64,000 nucleotides of DNA. Origin: Octopus vulgaris. Its lineage: Eukaryota. Each line of letters opens with the position of its first letter. Position 1 is the first letter of the stretch. The notes under the pieces were generated by a model. It was not told the origin of the DNA. It saw nothing but the letters and a program-made list of their open reading frames with translations, and did not search any database. Below are positions 26,925 to 39,439 of the stretch, piece after piece. The position numbers and the translations under genes are program-made. The stretch lies in contig OX597827.1 in assembly GCA_951406725.2 (NCBI GenBank), positions 40,796,001-40,860,000 of the forward strand, given 5' to 3'.

Positions 26925-27474
26925 AATACGTTAACTGTTTGACAGATTAATATGAAATTATAATGTCAGTGCGTGTTGTTTGTGTAAGATAATATTTATA
27001 TGAAGAAGTGTTTTATATGCCGCCATTTTCAAAGCCTGTGAGTATGTATATACATATATGCATGCATGTATGTTGAGCGGGTGGATGGAAAGTTGTGTCA
27101 TTATGCACCCTGGCCCAAAGAACTTCATGCTGAACACTTTATTCCGTCCGCAGGGGTAGATTGATCTCATCCGAAAGTCAATACCAGGGATACTTTCCTT
27201 CCGATTACTTCCTTCTTTATCATACCCTTTGCTCGTTCCACTTCTACAACTGTGTGTGTGGATGGGTGGAGGGTTCTTTTTTTTGTTTCAGTCACTTGAC
27301 TACGACCATGCTGGAACACCACCTTGAATCAAACAAATCGCGCATACAACACATATAGTTATATTTGATAATGAAGCAATCTGATAAATATTAAGTAATA
27401 AATCATAGATCATATTTATTAGAAAATGTGAACATGGAACAAGATCACTGAAACAAAACAAAAAGGATGCATAT

Positions 27475-27556
27475 TGGCAGCGGTGGGATTCGAACCCACG
27501 CCTCCGAAGAGACTGGTGCCTTAAACCAGCGCCTTAGACCGCTCGGCCACGCTACC
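27475..27556 (-). tRNA. trnL-AAG: tRNA-Leu(AAG)
   Basis: Consensus copy. Confidence 0.96.
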
Positions 27557-27652
27557 GACGAGATGAAATGCTGCGTTACAATATAGTCATCATGAGTATG
27601 TATTTCTTGTGGGGGAAAAACGATGTTTTATATATCAATGTTCTATATGTAT

Positions 27653-28175
27653 AAGGCGGCGAGCTGGCAGAATCGTTAGCACGCCGGACAAAATGCTTAG
27701 CGGTATTTCGTCTGCCGCTACGTTCTGAGTTCAAATTCCGCTGAGGTTGACTTTGCCGTTCATCCTGGAGTCGATGTAATCGACTTAATCCGTTTGTCTG
27801 TCCTTGTTTATCCTCTCTGTGTTTAGTCCCTTGTGGGTAGTAAAGAAATAGGTATTTCTTCTACCGTTACGTTCTGAGTTCAAATTCCGCCGGGCTCGAT
27901 TAAATAAGTATCAGTTACGCACTGGAGTCGATGTAATCGACTTAATCCGTTTGTCTGTCCTTGTTTGTCTCCTCTGTGTTTAGACCCTTGTGGGTAGTAA
28001 AGAAATAGGTATTTCGTCTGACTTGATACTTTCAGTTCAAATTCCACCGAGGTCAACTTTGCTTTCATCCTTTTGAGGTCGATAAATCAAGTACCAGTTG
28101 CGTACAGGGGTCGATCCAATGACTGGCCCCGTCCCCAAAACTTTCTGGCCTTGTGCCTAGAGTAGAAAAGAATAC
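27653..28175 (+). mobile_element. Internally tandem-repeated Nin-type SINE in spacer E
   Basis: Repeated GTATTTCGTCTG..GAGTTCAAATTCCGCC segments. Copies at ~32601-33180, 36441-36830, 41321-41845, 46324-46905, 50190-50575, 54217-54600 and 60330-60850. Confidence 0.8.
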
Positions 28176-28254
28176 TTTACATGTATATATTTATCAAAAT
28201 AATGTAGTTATCGAATCTAAATCTGATCATTGAAATTTTGCCAAAACTAACATG

Positions 28255-28336
28255 TGGCAGCGGTGGGATTCGAACCCACGCCTCCGAAGAGACTGGTGCC
28301 TAAAACCAGCGCCTTAGACCACTCGGCCACGCTACC
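28255..28336 (-). tRNA. trnL-TAG: tRNA-Leu(TAG)
   Basis: TAG anticodon, D-loop GAGTGG. Confidence 0.95.
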
Positions 28337-28733
28337 AGAACAATTCGGTAGTTCATATATTACTATGAAATTATCACGCTATTGTGTAATCTCATAGGAA
28401 GATAAAGTGTTTATGTGTGACAGTTTGACAGTCTTATACTTCGATATTTTGTGTATCTGTATGCACACCCCCTCTCTCTCATTCACCCTCCCCCTCTCTC
28501 TCACTCACTCTTTCTTGCTCTATCTATCTATCTTTCTATGCATCTGTATATGTGTATGTATGTATGTATGTATGTATGTATGTATGTATGTATGTATGTA
28601 TGTATGTATGTATTATGTAAACACATGCCTACACTCACACACGCAGTAGGACAGAGAGGTCCTCACAGCCCTGTGAGTGGATTTGGTAGACGGAAACTGA
28701 AAGAAGCCCGTCGTATATATATATATATGAATA

Positions 28734-28990
28734 TTTTTTAGACCACTCCCCTAAGAAAGACAGTTTGTGCCCTGCCTACCCCAAAAAAAGTCCCCCACCA
28801 CCACCCCATCAAATCTGCCTAAATGTATAAATGCCAAAAATATTCTTGACGCCAAGCTTCCTGATGATTTCATTCGAATGAAACAGTTCTAGTCCTGAAG
28901 AAGCTCCTTCTATAAAATAAATTAATTTACTCTGCCATGTATTGAGTACCTTATTTACTGTGGTTAACCCCGACTCAACCCGGGACCTAC
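28734..28990 (+). mobile_element. Probable Penelope-like element 3' end in (TA)n, hammerhead core mutated
   Basis: CTGATGA..GAAAC motif at 28861-28884 followed by AATAAA; present in only two spacer A copies. Confidence 0.55.
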
Positions 28991-29002
28991 ATATATATAT
29001 AT

Positions 29003-29069
29003 ATCCGAAGGTACGGATCCATTTTGCCGACTTCCCTTACCTACATTGGCGCTATCGACGAGAGGCTGT
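29003..29069 (-). pseudogene. 28S rRNA fragment (~65 bp)
   Basis: Minus strand ACAGCCTCTCGTCGATAGCGCCAATGTAGGTAAGGGAAGTCGGCAAAATGGATCCGTACCTTCGG matches the conserved eukaryotic LSU motif AATGTAGGTAAGGGAAGTCGGCAA..GGATCCGTAACTTCGG. Confidence 0.85.
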
Positions 29070-29170
29070 ATATATATATATATTCATATATATATCTATA
29101 TAAACAAAACCAACATGCTCTGACATTATTGACATAATTTCATATAAATATATCATATCTACGACATATC

Positions 29171-29252
29171 GGTAGCGTGGCCGAGCGGTCTAAGGCGCTG
29201 GTTTAAGGCACCAGTCTCTTCGGAGGCGTGGGTTCGAATCCCACCGCTGCCA
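29171..29252 (+). tRNA. trnL-AAG: tRNA-Leu(AAG)
   Basis: Consensus copy with T-run terminator. Confidence 0.96.
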
Positions 29253-29279
29253 ATTTGTATTTTTTTTTACATTTCCAAG

Positions 29280-29330
<51 letters not shown>

Positions 29331-29507
29331 ACATATATATGATCGGTGGCCCAAGAGTAACCGATACCTAATTATTGTTAAAGGTAACACGTAAATGGAA
29401 CAGAATTTTTTATTACACAAGGTTACAGCAAATATTCAATAAATTCGATAGGGTTCGGTTATACACATACTTACATGCGTACGTACGTGCATGCGTACGT
29501 ACGTGCA

Positions 29508-29539
<32 letters not shown>

Positions 29540-30559
29540 TACTTACCTATGTATGTATGTATGTATGTATGTATGTATGTATGTATACAGGTTAACATGC
29601 ATTTTGTCGCCGCAAAAAAAAAAATGGAATATAAATTGTCGTGCAAAATTGCTGAAAAATTAATGTGAATTACGATAGAAGCCGGAAGTGATGACGCTGG
29701 CTTAACGAATGTATAGAACGTACGTACGTTAAATATTGATTTATTTTATATAAGATGAAAACAATCATATTTACGTGGAAGCAACAGTCACTGTTACACG
29801 AAATGAGATTTGTGAACAGTTTTCCACGATTTCTAAATTTCTTTCGCAACACATGCTTATGAAGAAATGATTTAAATAAATCGTCGCTAATCCCATATTG
29901 TCGCCTGAGTTTCGTCATGGCGGGAATCCATCGCCCGTGTAGAATTTGTGAAAGGATACTGTCATCGTTTGAATCAACAAAATTGAGCGCATGGTCGACA
30001 ACTTCATGAGTGTAGTTGTCGAGACCCACATATGAAGCCTACCCATGGGATATCAAATGCATTCCTGACAATATCCAATGCCCGATAAAGGTCCAAAGTG
30101 TTTCGTGCGTACGATGGCAGATGGAGTTCTTTATCTATCTCTATCTATCCAGTCAGTTCTATCCTGGGCCGCGTCTTTCAGATTGGCTATGTCCATTCCG
30201 GTATCTCTTTTGATGGTGTCAAGCCAGCGGGTTCTTGCTGGGCCTCTTCCTCTCTTGCCACTGACCATTCCGAGCATGATGTCCTTCTCCAGGGATTTTC
30301 TCTGCATAATATGACCAAAATATGTCAATCTATGCTTTCTGATCCTAGCTTCTAGCGACATTTTCAGCCTGATCTGCTTAAGAGTTCTTTATACAAGTTT
30401 GATATATCACTGTCGTCACATCCGATTCTCTAGGACAATTAACACTCACTTTTTTTATAATAGTAAACTGTATATGATAACTCTGTATACCTAACATAAA
30501 CTCGGAATACGAATATGGAAATGTGTAAAATAAGGGGATAAAAAAAAATTAGCATCAAA

Positions 30560-30641
30560 TGGAAGCGGTGGGATTCGAACCCACGCCTCCGAAGAGACTG
30601 GTGCCTTAAACCAGCGCCTTAGACCGCTCGGCCACGCTACC
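30560..30641 (-). tRNA. trnL-AAG: tRNA-Leu(AAG), G70>U variant
   Basis: Same acceptor-stem variant as 26843. Confidence 0.88.
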
Positions 30642-31192
30642 AATACGTTAACTGTTTGACAGATTAATATGAAATTATAATGTCAGTGCGTGTTGTTTGT
30701 GTTAGATAATATTTATATGAAGAAGTGTTTTATATGCCGCCATTTTCAAAGCCTGTGAGTATCTATATACATATATGCATGCATGTATGTTGAGCGGGTG
30801 GATGGAAAGTTGTGTCATTATGCACCCTGGCCCAAAGAACTTCATGCTGAACCCTTTATTCCGACCGCAAGGGTAGATTGATCTCATCCGAAAGTCAATA
30901 CCAGGGATACTTTCCTTCCGATTACTTCCTTCGTTATCATACCCTTTGCTCGTTCCACTTCTACAACTGTGTGTGTGGGTGGGTGGAGGGTTCTTATTTT
31001 TGTTTCAGTCACTTGACTACGGCCATGCTGGAATACCACCTTGAATCAAACAAATCGCGCATACAACACATATAGTTATAATTGATAATGAAGCAATCTG
31101 ATGAATATTAAGTAATAATTCATAGATCATATTTTTTAGAAAATGTGAACATGGAACAAGATCACTGAAACCAAACAAAAAAGGATGCATAT

Positions 31193-31274
31193 TGGCAGCG
31201 GTGGGATTCGAACCCACGCCTCCGAAGAGACTGGTGCCTTAAACCAGCGCCTTAGACCGCTCGGCCACGCTACC
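31193..31274 (-). tRNA. trnL-AAG: tRNA-Leu(AAG)
   Basis: Consensus copy. Confidence 0.96.
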
Positions 31275-32073
31275 AGAGCCGTTGGCATGTCATATAATTT
31301 CCATATATATGGAGACAGCCACCAATATATATGTCTGTGGCTTTCGATTGGATAAAGTTACCCACTTTGTAAGATTTAAAAGCTATTAACTTCCTTATCT
31401 GTTAACTTATGACAAAAATGAATTTCATTTTCATACCAGGCATACAAAACTACATCAGTACATCAAATTTGAAAACAGCTGAAACAAAATTATAAAATGA
31501 TAAACTGTGACAGCAACAGAAAAGAACACGGTTGACTTTGGAAGCATACTTTTGCCATCATGGATAATATCAGGAAATATAACATACATCGTGCACTCCG
31601 CCTTATTTCGAATTGGAGGGTACAAGATCATTCTCAAAGTTTCTGGTAATTATTGTGCCGGCTCCTTTTACCGAACCGCCATATTAAGAGGACATAAAGA
31701 AAGCAGAACCGGTCGCCTATCGACAGTGAGGGACAAACACTTGACAAGAATAAACACACTTAGTCTGTCATTTTAACGGCGGTGCATCGGCATGGCCGCA
31801 GCTCTGAGCTGAAACTAGAGGAAAAAATAAATAAATATAAAACGGGCTTCGACACAATGGCTATCTTCTAAATTTTTCTTACCCGGAGCTATAGAAGAAG
31901 ACATTTGCACAAGGTGCCGCCCGATCGCGTACACACACACACACATACACCCAAATATATGGAGCAAAAATTAAAGGTATCACGAAAACGACATAAAAAA
32001 AAACCAAACAAACAAACGCCCAGGAAAATAGAAGGAAAAGCTTTATATGCTTCGAGCATACGTTCTTCTAGAG

Positions 32074-32258
32074 TAAGTGGTCCACAACCTTTTCTTCACT
32101 TGCGGTACATTTATATTCTTTCCAAAATTCGGAATACACCTGTACAAAAAATATACCTAAAAGTATAGGGGATAAAATTATATTCGGGTTACACTGCGGC
32201 ACACCAAGCATCGTCTCGTGACACCAGTGTGTCGCGGCACACCGGCTGCAGAGCACTG
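32074..32258. mobile_element. hAT/Charlie-like MITE in spacer D
   Basis: Degenerate TIRs AGTGGTCCACAACC / GG(T/C)TGCAGAGCACTG flanked by TTCTAGAG / TTCTAGAC; present in every D spacer. Confidence 0.65.
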
Positions 32259-32423
32259 TTCTAGACAAAGAATAGACGAGGGCAGAAAAAAAATGGAGAG
32301 AGAATACAAAAAACGAGTTACAGTTAGAAGTTTGTCGCATCCATAATGTCTTGAGTTGTAATTTTCATATGTATATGAAATATGAAAAAACAAATATACC
32401 AAAAAACGTTTTTAAAAGTTGAT

Positions 32424-32505
32424 TGGCAGCGGTGGGATTCGAAACCACGCCTCCGACGAGACTGGTGCCTTAAACCAGCGTCTTAGTCCGCTCGGCCACG
32501 CTACC
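32424..32505 (-). pseudogene. tRNA-Leu(AAG) probable pseudogene
   Basis: G53>U in the B box plus three more substitutions (D arm, variable arm). Confidence 0.75.
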
Positions 32506-33241
32506 GACGAGCTGCACGGTTACGTTACAATATAGTCACCATGAGTATGCATCTCCTGTGGGAAAAACGATTTTTTATATATCAATATTTTACATGTATA
32601 AGGCAGCGAGCTGGCAGAAACGATAACACGCTGGACGAAATGCTTAGCGGTATTTCGGCTGCCGTTACATTGTGAGTTCAAATTCCGCCGAGGTCGACTT
32701 TGCCTTTCACCCTTTCGGGGTCGATAAATTAAGTACCAGTTAGCACTGGGGTCGATATAATCGACTTTATACCTATGTCTGTCCATGTTTGTCCCCTCTA
32801 TGTTTAGCCCCTTGTGGGTAATAAAAAAATAGGTATTTCGTTTGCCGCTACGTTCTGAGTTCACATTCCGCCGAGGTCGACTTTGTCTTTCATCCTTTCG
32901 GGGTCGATAAATTAAGTACCAGTTACGCACTGGGGTCGATCAATCGACTTAATCCGTTCGTCTGTCCTTGTTTGCCCCTTCTGTTTACTACCCTTGTGGG
33001 TAGTAAAGAAATAGGTATTTCGTCTGACTTGATAATTTGAGTTCAAATTCCGCCGACGTCAACTTTGCTTTCATCATTTTGGGGTCGATAAATCAAGTAC
33101 CAGTTGCGTACAGGACGCCATCCAATGACTGGCCCCGTAAACAAAACTTTCAGGCCTTGTGCCTAGAGTAGAAAAGAATACTTTACATGTATATATTTAT
33201 CAAAATAATGTAATCATTGAAATTTTGCCAAAACTAACATG

Positions 33242-33323
33242 TGGCAGCGGTGGGATTCGAACCCACGCCTCCGAAGAGACTGGTGCCTAAAACCAGCGCC
33301 TTAGACCACTCGGCCACGCTACC
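33242..33323 (-). tRNA. trnL-TAG: tRNA-Leu(TAG)
   Basis: TAG consensus copy. Confidence 0.95.
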
Positions 33324-33684
33324 AGAACAGTTCGACAGCCCATATATTACTATGAAATTATCACGCTATTGTGTAATCTCATAGGAAGTTAGAGTATTTA
33401 TGTGTGACAGTTTGACAGTCTTATACTTCGATATTTTGTGTATCTGTATGCACACTCCCTCTCTCTCATTCACCCTCCCCCTCTCTCTCACTCGCTCTTT
33501 CTCTCTCTATGTTTCTATGAATCTGTGTATGTGTATGTATGTATGTATGTATGTATTATGTAAACACATGCCTACACTCACACACGCACGCACACAGAGT
33601 AGGACAGAGAAGTCCTCACAGCCTTGTGAGTGGATTTGGTAGACGGAAAATGAAAGAAGCCCGTCGTATATATATGAATATATA

Positions 33685-33765
<81 letters not shown>

Positions 33766-33922
33766 GTAAATGTATATGTATATATATATATATGAATATA
33801 CATATATATATTCATATATATGTATATATATATATATACATATAAATATTATCTTACAAAACCAACATGCTCTGACATTATTGACATAATTTCATATAAA
33901 TATATCAGCTTCTCACCATATC

Positions 33923-34004
33923 CGTAGCGTGGCCGAGCGGTCTAAGGCGCTGGTTTAAGGCACCAGTCTCTTCGGAGGCGTGGGTTCGAATCCCACCGCT
34001 GCCA
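33923..34004 (+). tRNA. trnL-AAG: tRNA-Leu(AAG), G1>C variant
   Basis: Starts CGTAGCG; C1/C72 mismatch. Confidence 0.85.
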
Positions 34005-35040
34005 ATTTGTATTTTTTTTTACATTTCCATATATATATATATGTATGTATATATACATATATATGATCGGTGGCCCGAGAGTAACCGAACCCTAATTATT
34101 GTTAAAGGTAACACATAAATGGAACAGAATTTTTTATTACACAAGGTTACAGCAAATATTCAATAAATTCGATAGGGTTCGGTTATACACATACGTGCAT
34201 GCGTACGTACGTGCATGCGTGCGTGCGTGCGTGCGTGCGTGCGTACGTACGTATGTATGTATGTATGTATGTATGTATGTATGTATGTATGCATGCATGC
34301 ATGCATGTATGTATACAGGTTATCATGCATTTTGTCGCCGCAAAAAGAAAAAGGGAATATAAATTGTCGTGAAAAATTGCTGAAAAATTAATGTGAATTA
34401 CGATAGAAGCCGGAAGTGATGACGCTGGCTAAACGAATGTATAGAAGGTACGTATGTTAAATATAACATGAACACTTGATATATTTTATATAAGATGAAA
34501 ACAATCATATTTACGTGGAAGCAACAGTTACTGATGCACAATATGAGATTTGTGAACAATTTTCCACGATTTCTAAATTTGTTTCGCAACACATGCTTAT
34601 GAAGATATGATTTAAATCAATCGTCGCTAATCCCATAGTGTCGCTGAGTTTCTTCTTGGCGGGAATCCATCGCCCGTGTAGAATTTGTGAAAGGATACTG
34701 TCATCGTTTGAATCAACAAAATTGAGCGCGTGGTCGACAACTTCATGAGTGTAGAAGTTGTCGAGACCCACATATGAAGCCTACCCATGGGATATCAAAT
34801 GTATTCCTGACAATATCCAATGCCCGATAAAGGTCCTAACTGTTTCTTGCGTACGATGGAAGATGGAGTTCTTTATACAAGTTTAATATATCAATGTCGT
34901 CACTTCCAATTCTCTAGGACAATTAACAATCACATTTTACAATAGTAAACTGTATATGATAACTTAGTATATCTAACATAAACTCGGAATACGAATATGG
35001 AAATATACAAAATAAGAGGGTAAAAAAAAGGAGCATCAAA

Positions 35041-35122
35041 TGGCAGCGGTGGGATTCGAACCCACGCCTCCGAAGAGACTGGTGCCTTAAACCAGCGCCT
35101 TAGACCGCTCGGCCACGCTACC
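35041..35122 (-). tRNA. trnL-AAG: tRNA-Leu(AAG)
   Basis: Consensus copy. Confidence 0.96.
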
Positions 35123-36263
35123 AGAAACGTTGACATGTCATATAATTTCCATATATATGGAGACAGCCACCAATATATATGTCTGTGGCTTTCGATTGGA
35201 TAAAGTTACCCACTTTGCAAAATTTAAAAGCTATTAACTTCCTTATATATTAACTTATGACAAAAATGAATTTCATTTCCATAACAGGCATACAAAACTA
35301 CATCAGTACATCAAATTTGAAAACAGCTGAAACAAAATTATAAAATGATAAACTGTGACAGCAACAGAAAAGAACACGGTTGACTTTGGAAGCATACTTT
35401 TGCCGTCATGGATAATATAAGGAAATATATCATACATCGTGCACTCCACCTTATTTCGAATTGGAGGGTACAAGGTCATTCTCAAAGTTTCCGGTAATTA
35501 TTGTGCCGGCTCCTTTTACCGAACCACCATATTAAGAGGACATAAAGAAAGCAGAACTAGTCGCCTATCGACAGTGGGGGATAAACACTTGACAAGGATA
35601 AACACACTTAGTCTGTCATTTTAACGGCGGTGCATCAGCATGGCCGCAGCTCTGAGCTGAAACTAGAGGAAAAGATAAATAAATATAAAACGGGCTTCGA
35701 CACAGTGGCTATCTTCTAAATTTTTCTTACCCGGGGCTATAGAAGAAGACATTTGCACAAGGTGCCGCCCGATCGCGTACACACACACACACATACACCC
35801 AAATATATGGAGCAAAAATTAAAGGTATCACGAAAACGACATAAAAAAAAAAAAAGCCCAGGAAAATAGAAGGAAAAGCTTTATATGCTTCGAGCATACG
35901 TTCTTCTAGAGTAAATGGTCCACAATCTTTTTTTCACTTGCGGTACATTTATATTCTTTCCAAAATTCGGAATACACCTGTACAAAAAATATACTTAAAA
36001 GTATAGGGGATAAAATTATATTCAGGTTACACTGCGGCACACCAAGCATCGTCTTGTGACACACCAGTGTGTTGCGGCACACCGGTTGCAGAGTACTGTT
36101 CTAGACAAAGAATAGACGAGGGCAGAAAAAAAATGGAGAGAGAATACAAAAAACGAGTTACAGTTAGACGTTTGTCGCATCCATAATGTCTTGAGTTGTA
36201 ATTTTCATATGTATATGAAATATGAAAAAACAAATATACCCAAAAACGTTATTAAAAGTTGAT

Positions 36264-36345
36264 TGGCAGCGGTGGGATTCGAAACCACGCCTCCGAAGAG
36301 ACTGGTGCCTTAAACCAGCGCCTTAGACCGCTCGGCCACACTACC
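36264..36345 (-). tRNA. trnL-AAG: tRNA-Leu(AAG), B-box mutant (possible pseudogene)
   Basis: G53>U and C6>U. Confidence 0.7.
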
Positions 36346-36906
36346 GACGAGCTGCATGGTTACGTTACAATATAGTCACCATGAGTATGCATCTCCTGTG
36401 GGAAAAACGATTTTTTATATATCAATATTTTACATGTATAAGACAGCGAGCTGGCAGAAACGATAACACGCCGGACGAAATGCTTAGCGGTATTTCGTTT
36501 GCCGCTACGTTCTGAGTTCAAATTCCGCCGAGGTCGACTTTGTCTTTCATCCTTTCGCACTGTACCAGTTACGCACTGGGGTCGATCTAATCGACTTAAT
36601 CCGTTTGTCTGTCCTTGTTTGCCCCTTCTGTTTACTACCCTTCTGGGTAGTACAGAAATAGGTATTTCGTCTGACTTGATAATTTGAGTTCAAATTCCGC
36701 CGAGGTCAACTTTGCTTTCATCATTTTGGGGTCGATAAATCAAGTACCAGTTGCGTACAGGGGTCCATCCAATGACTGGCCCCGTAAACAAAACTTTCAG
36801 GCCTTGTGCCTAGAGTAGAAAAGAATACTTTACATGTATATATTTATCAAAATAATGTAGTTATCGAATCTAAATATGATCATTGAAATTTGCCAAAACT
36901 AACATG

Positions 36907-36988
36907 TGGCAGCAGTTGGATTCGAACCCACGCCTCCGAAGAGACTGGTGCCTAAAACCAGCGCCTTAGACCACTCGGCCACGCTACC
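36907..36988 (-). tRNA. trnL-TAG: tRNA-Leu(TAG), variant
   Basis: C66>U and C63>A (T-stem mismatch). Confidence 0.8.
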
Positions 36989-37330
36989 AGAACAATTCGA
37001 CAGCCCATATATTACTATGAAATTATCACGCTATTGTGTAATCTCATAGGAAGTTAGAGTATTTATGTGTGACAGTTTGACAGTCTTCGATATTTTGTGT
37101 ATCTGTATGCACACTCCCTCTCTCTCATTCACCCTCCCCCCTCTCTCTCACTCGCTCTTTCTCTCTCTATGTTTCTATGAATCTGTGTATGTGTATGTAT
37201 GTATGTATGTATTATGTAAACACATGCCTACACTCACACACGCACACACACACAGTAGGACAGAGAAGTCCTCACAGCCTTGTGAGTGGATTTTGTAGAC
37301 GGAAACTGAAAGAAGCCCGTCGTATATATA

Positions 37331-37372
<42 letters not shown>

Positions 37373-37386
37373 TGTGTGTGTGTGTG

Positions 37387-37440
<54 letters not shown>

Positions 37441-37459
37441 TATACATATATATATGTTC

Positions 37460-37493
<34 letters not shown>

Positions 37494-37570
37494 ATATTAT
37501 CTTACAAAACCAACATGCTCTGGCATTAATGACATAATTTCATATAAATATATCAGCTCTTCGACATATC

Positions 37571-37652
37571 GGTAGCGTGGCCGAGCGGTCTAAGGCGCTG
37601 GTTTAAGGCACCAGTCTCCTCGGAGGCGTGGGTTCGAATCCCACCGCTGCCA
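37571..37652 (+). tRNA. trnL-AAG: tRNA-Leu(AAG)
   Basis: One variable-arm T>C change. Confidence 0.92.
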
Positions 37653-37693
37653 ATTTGTTTTTTTTTTTTACATTATATATATATATATATATA

Positions 37694-39176
37694 CTAGCAG
37701 TATCGTCGGCGTTGTTCGGGTTTGTAAGGGAAATAACTATATAAGCATTTTTAGAGAGTTATAGCCAAGAAATAGCAAAAAAATGCATTAAAAATGGAAA
37801 AGAAATTAAGGTAAATTTCTTTTTAAATCGTTGACACATCGTAGATATTTTTAGAGAGTTACTTCCCTTATATAATAGCGAAAAAAATGCATTAAAATGG
37901 AAAAATATGATGGTAAATTTTTTTAAATCGTAGACTCATCGTAGACGCGCGCTAATACCCGAAGGGCTCGATATGACTCACGACTATAAGATACCCGGTT
38001 TTGGTTACACTGCACCGCAAAATGTGGGAGTAGTTAGGAATCTAAATCGTAGGAGACAGACACACAACTTCACTCTTATATATAAAGATATAAGTCACGT
38101 AGTTATATACACATACTTTGTTAAATACACATTCTTAAAAGAAAATGTTATTTTGAATGCAACATTTATAAAGAATAAAATATTTTTTTGGTTTTTCTTA
38201 ACCCTTTCGTTACTATATTTCTGACCAAAATACACCCCTTATGTGTTTCAATTAATTTCTAACGTAATCATAAATTTAGTCTGGTTTCATTAAACAACAA
38301 TAACTTTTTTATTTATCAATATATTAACGTGAATTTTGGAAGATAATTTAATGAAATGTCCTCAACCAATTCTATACTATAATTTTTGTCACAAAGTGAC
38401 TCTAATTGCAGGTAGATACAGGTAAATTCAACAATATATAAAATTATTAAAATTTTGTTCAAACATCGCTATAGAAAATGGGTTATTAGCTAATATTCAA
38501 TTGGGTATACAACAAAATTTTACGATAGAATTTGTTATTCTGAGTAACTTTCTGATATCCATAATAATATTTATGGCAAAATAGGCCTTAATTTCATTTA
38601 AGGTTGTGGGAAATAACAAACTATCCTTTCTTTCGTTTTGTTTACGTTTAGCGTAACGTTTCGTTTCTGCCGTAATGATTTCAAATGGGCTCATTCGAAA
38701 AAGTAAATAGAAATAGTCTAAGGCTTTACTCTTCTGGGAAAGTCTGTGGCTTGGTGCAGTTTCTTCAGAAAAATCACCGAAAGAAACAGTTTTTAAATTT
38801 TCACTCCATTCAGGTACCAATTCGTTTTCTTTATCGCTGTCGGATTCACTGTTTTCACTTTAATAGCTGCAAACTTGCAAAGACAAAGGAGGAGAAGGGT
38901 GATAGCGTCAGTGAAACAATTCGCTCCCTTTGTGTGTGTGTGCGTTTGCGTGTGGTGTAAACCACATTAAGAAAAACATTTGACATACACACCAGAATGT
39001 GAGTTTTCTGTAAATTTTGCTTAATTGGAGTTTAAATTTTAAAAACTGGACCTGGCATGACCCGATGCATTCTACTCTAAAAATGCTAGGTAAATTGTAA
39101 TTGAAGAAATCCTATATTGTAGATTTCTATAAGTTACAAAGGGAGGCAGATAAAATCTGCCTTTTATAATAAGAGA
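37694..39176 (-). mobile_element. Composite non-autonomous Helitron carrying a piggyBac transposase fragment
   Basis: Minus strand runs from 5' TCTCTTATTATAAAA to a 3' hairpin plus CTAG, inserted between A and T. Second internal 5' end TCTTTATATATAA at 38088. ORF 38497-38820 (DYFYLLF..FEIITAETKRYA..PTTLNEIKAYFAINIIM) is piggyBac-like. Confidence 0.78.
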
Positions 39177-39384
39177 TATGTATGTATATATGTAACCGAA
39201 CCCTAATTATTGTTAAAGATAACACATAAATGGAACAGCATTTTTTTATTACACAAGGTTACAGCAAATAATCAATAAATTCGATAGGGTTCGGTTAGAC
39301 ACATACTTACACGCGTACGTACGTGCGTGCGTGCGTACGTGCGTGCGTGCGTACGTGCGTGCATGCGTACGTACGTGCGGGCGG

Positions 39385-39439
<55 letters not shown>

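Noticed and set aside
29003-29069. Functional rRNA gene or R2 target site
   Set aside because: Only ~65 bp, with no flanking rDNA, and not the R2 insertion region as I recall it.
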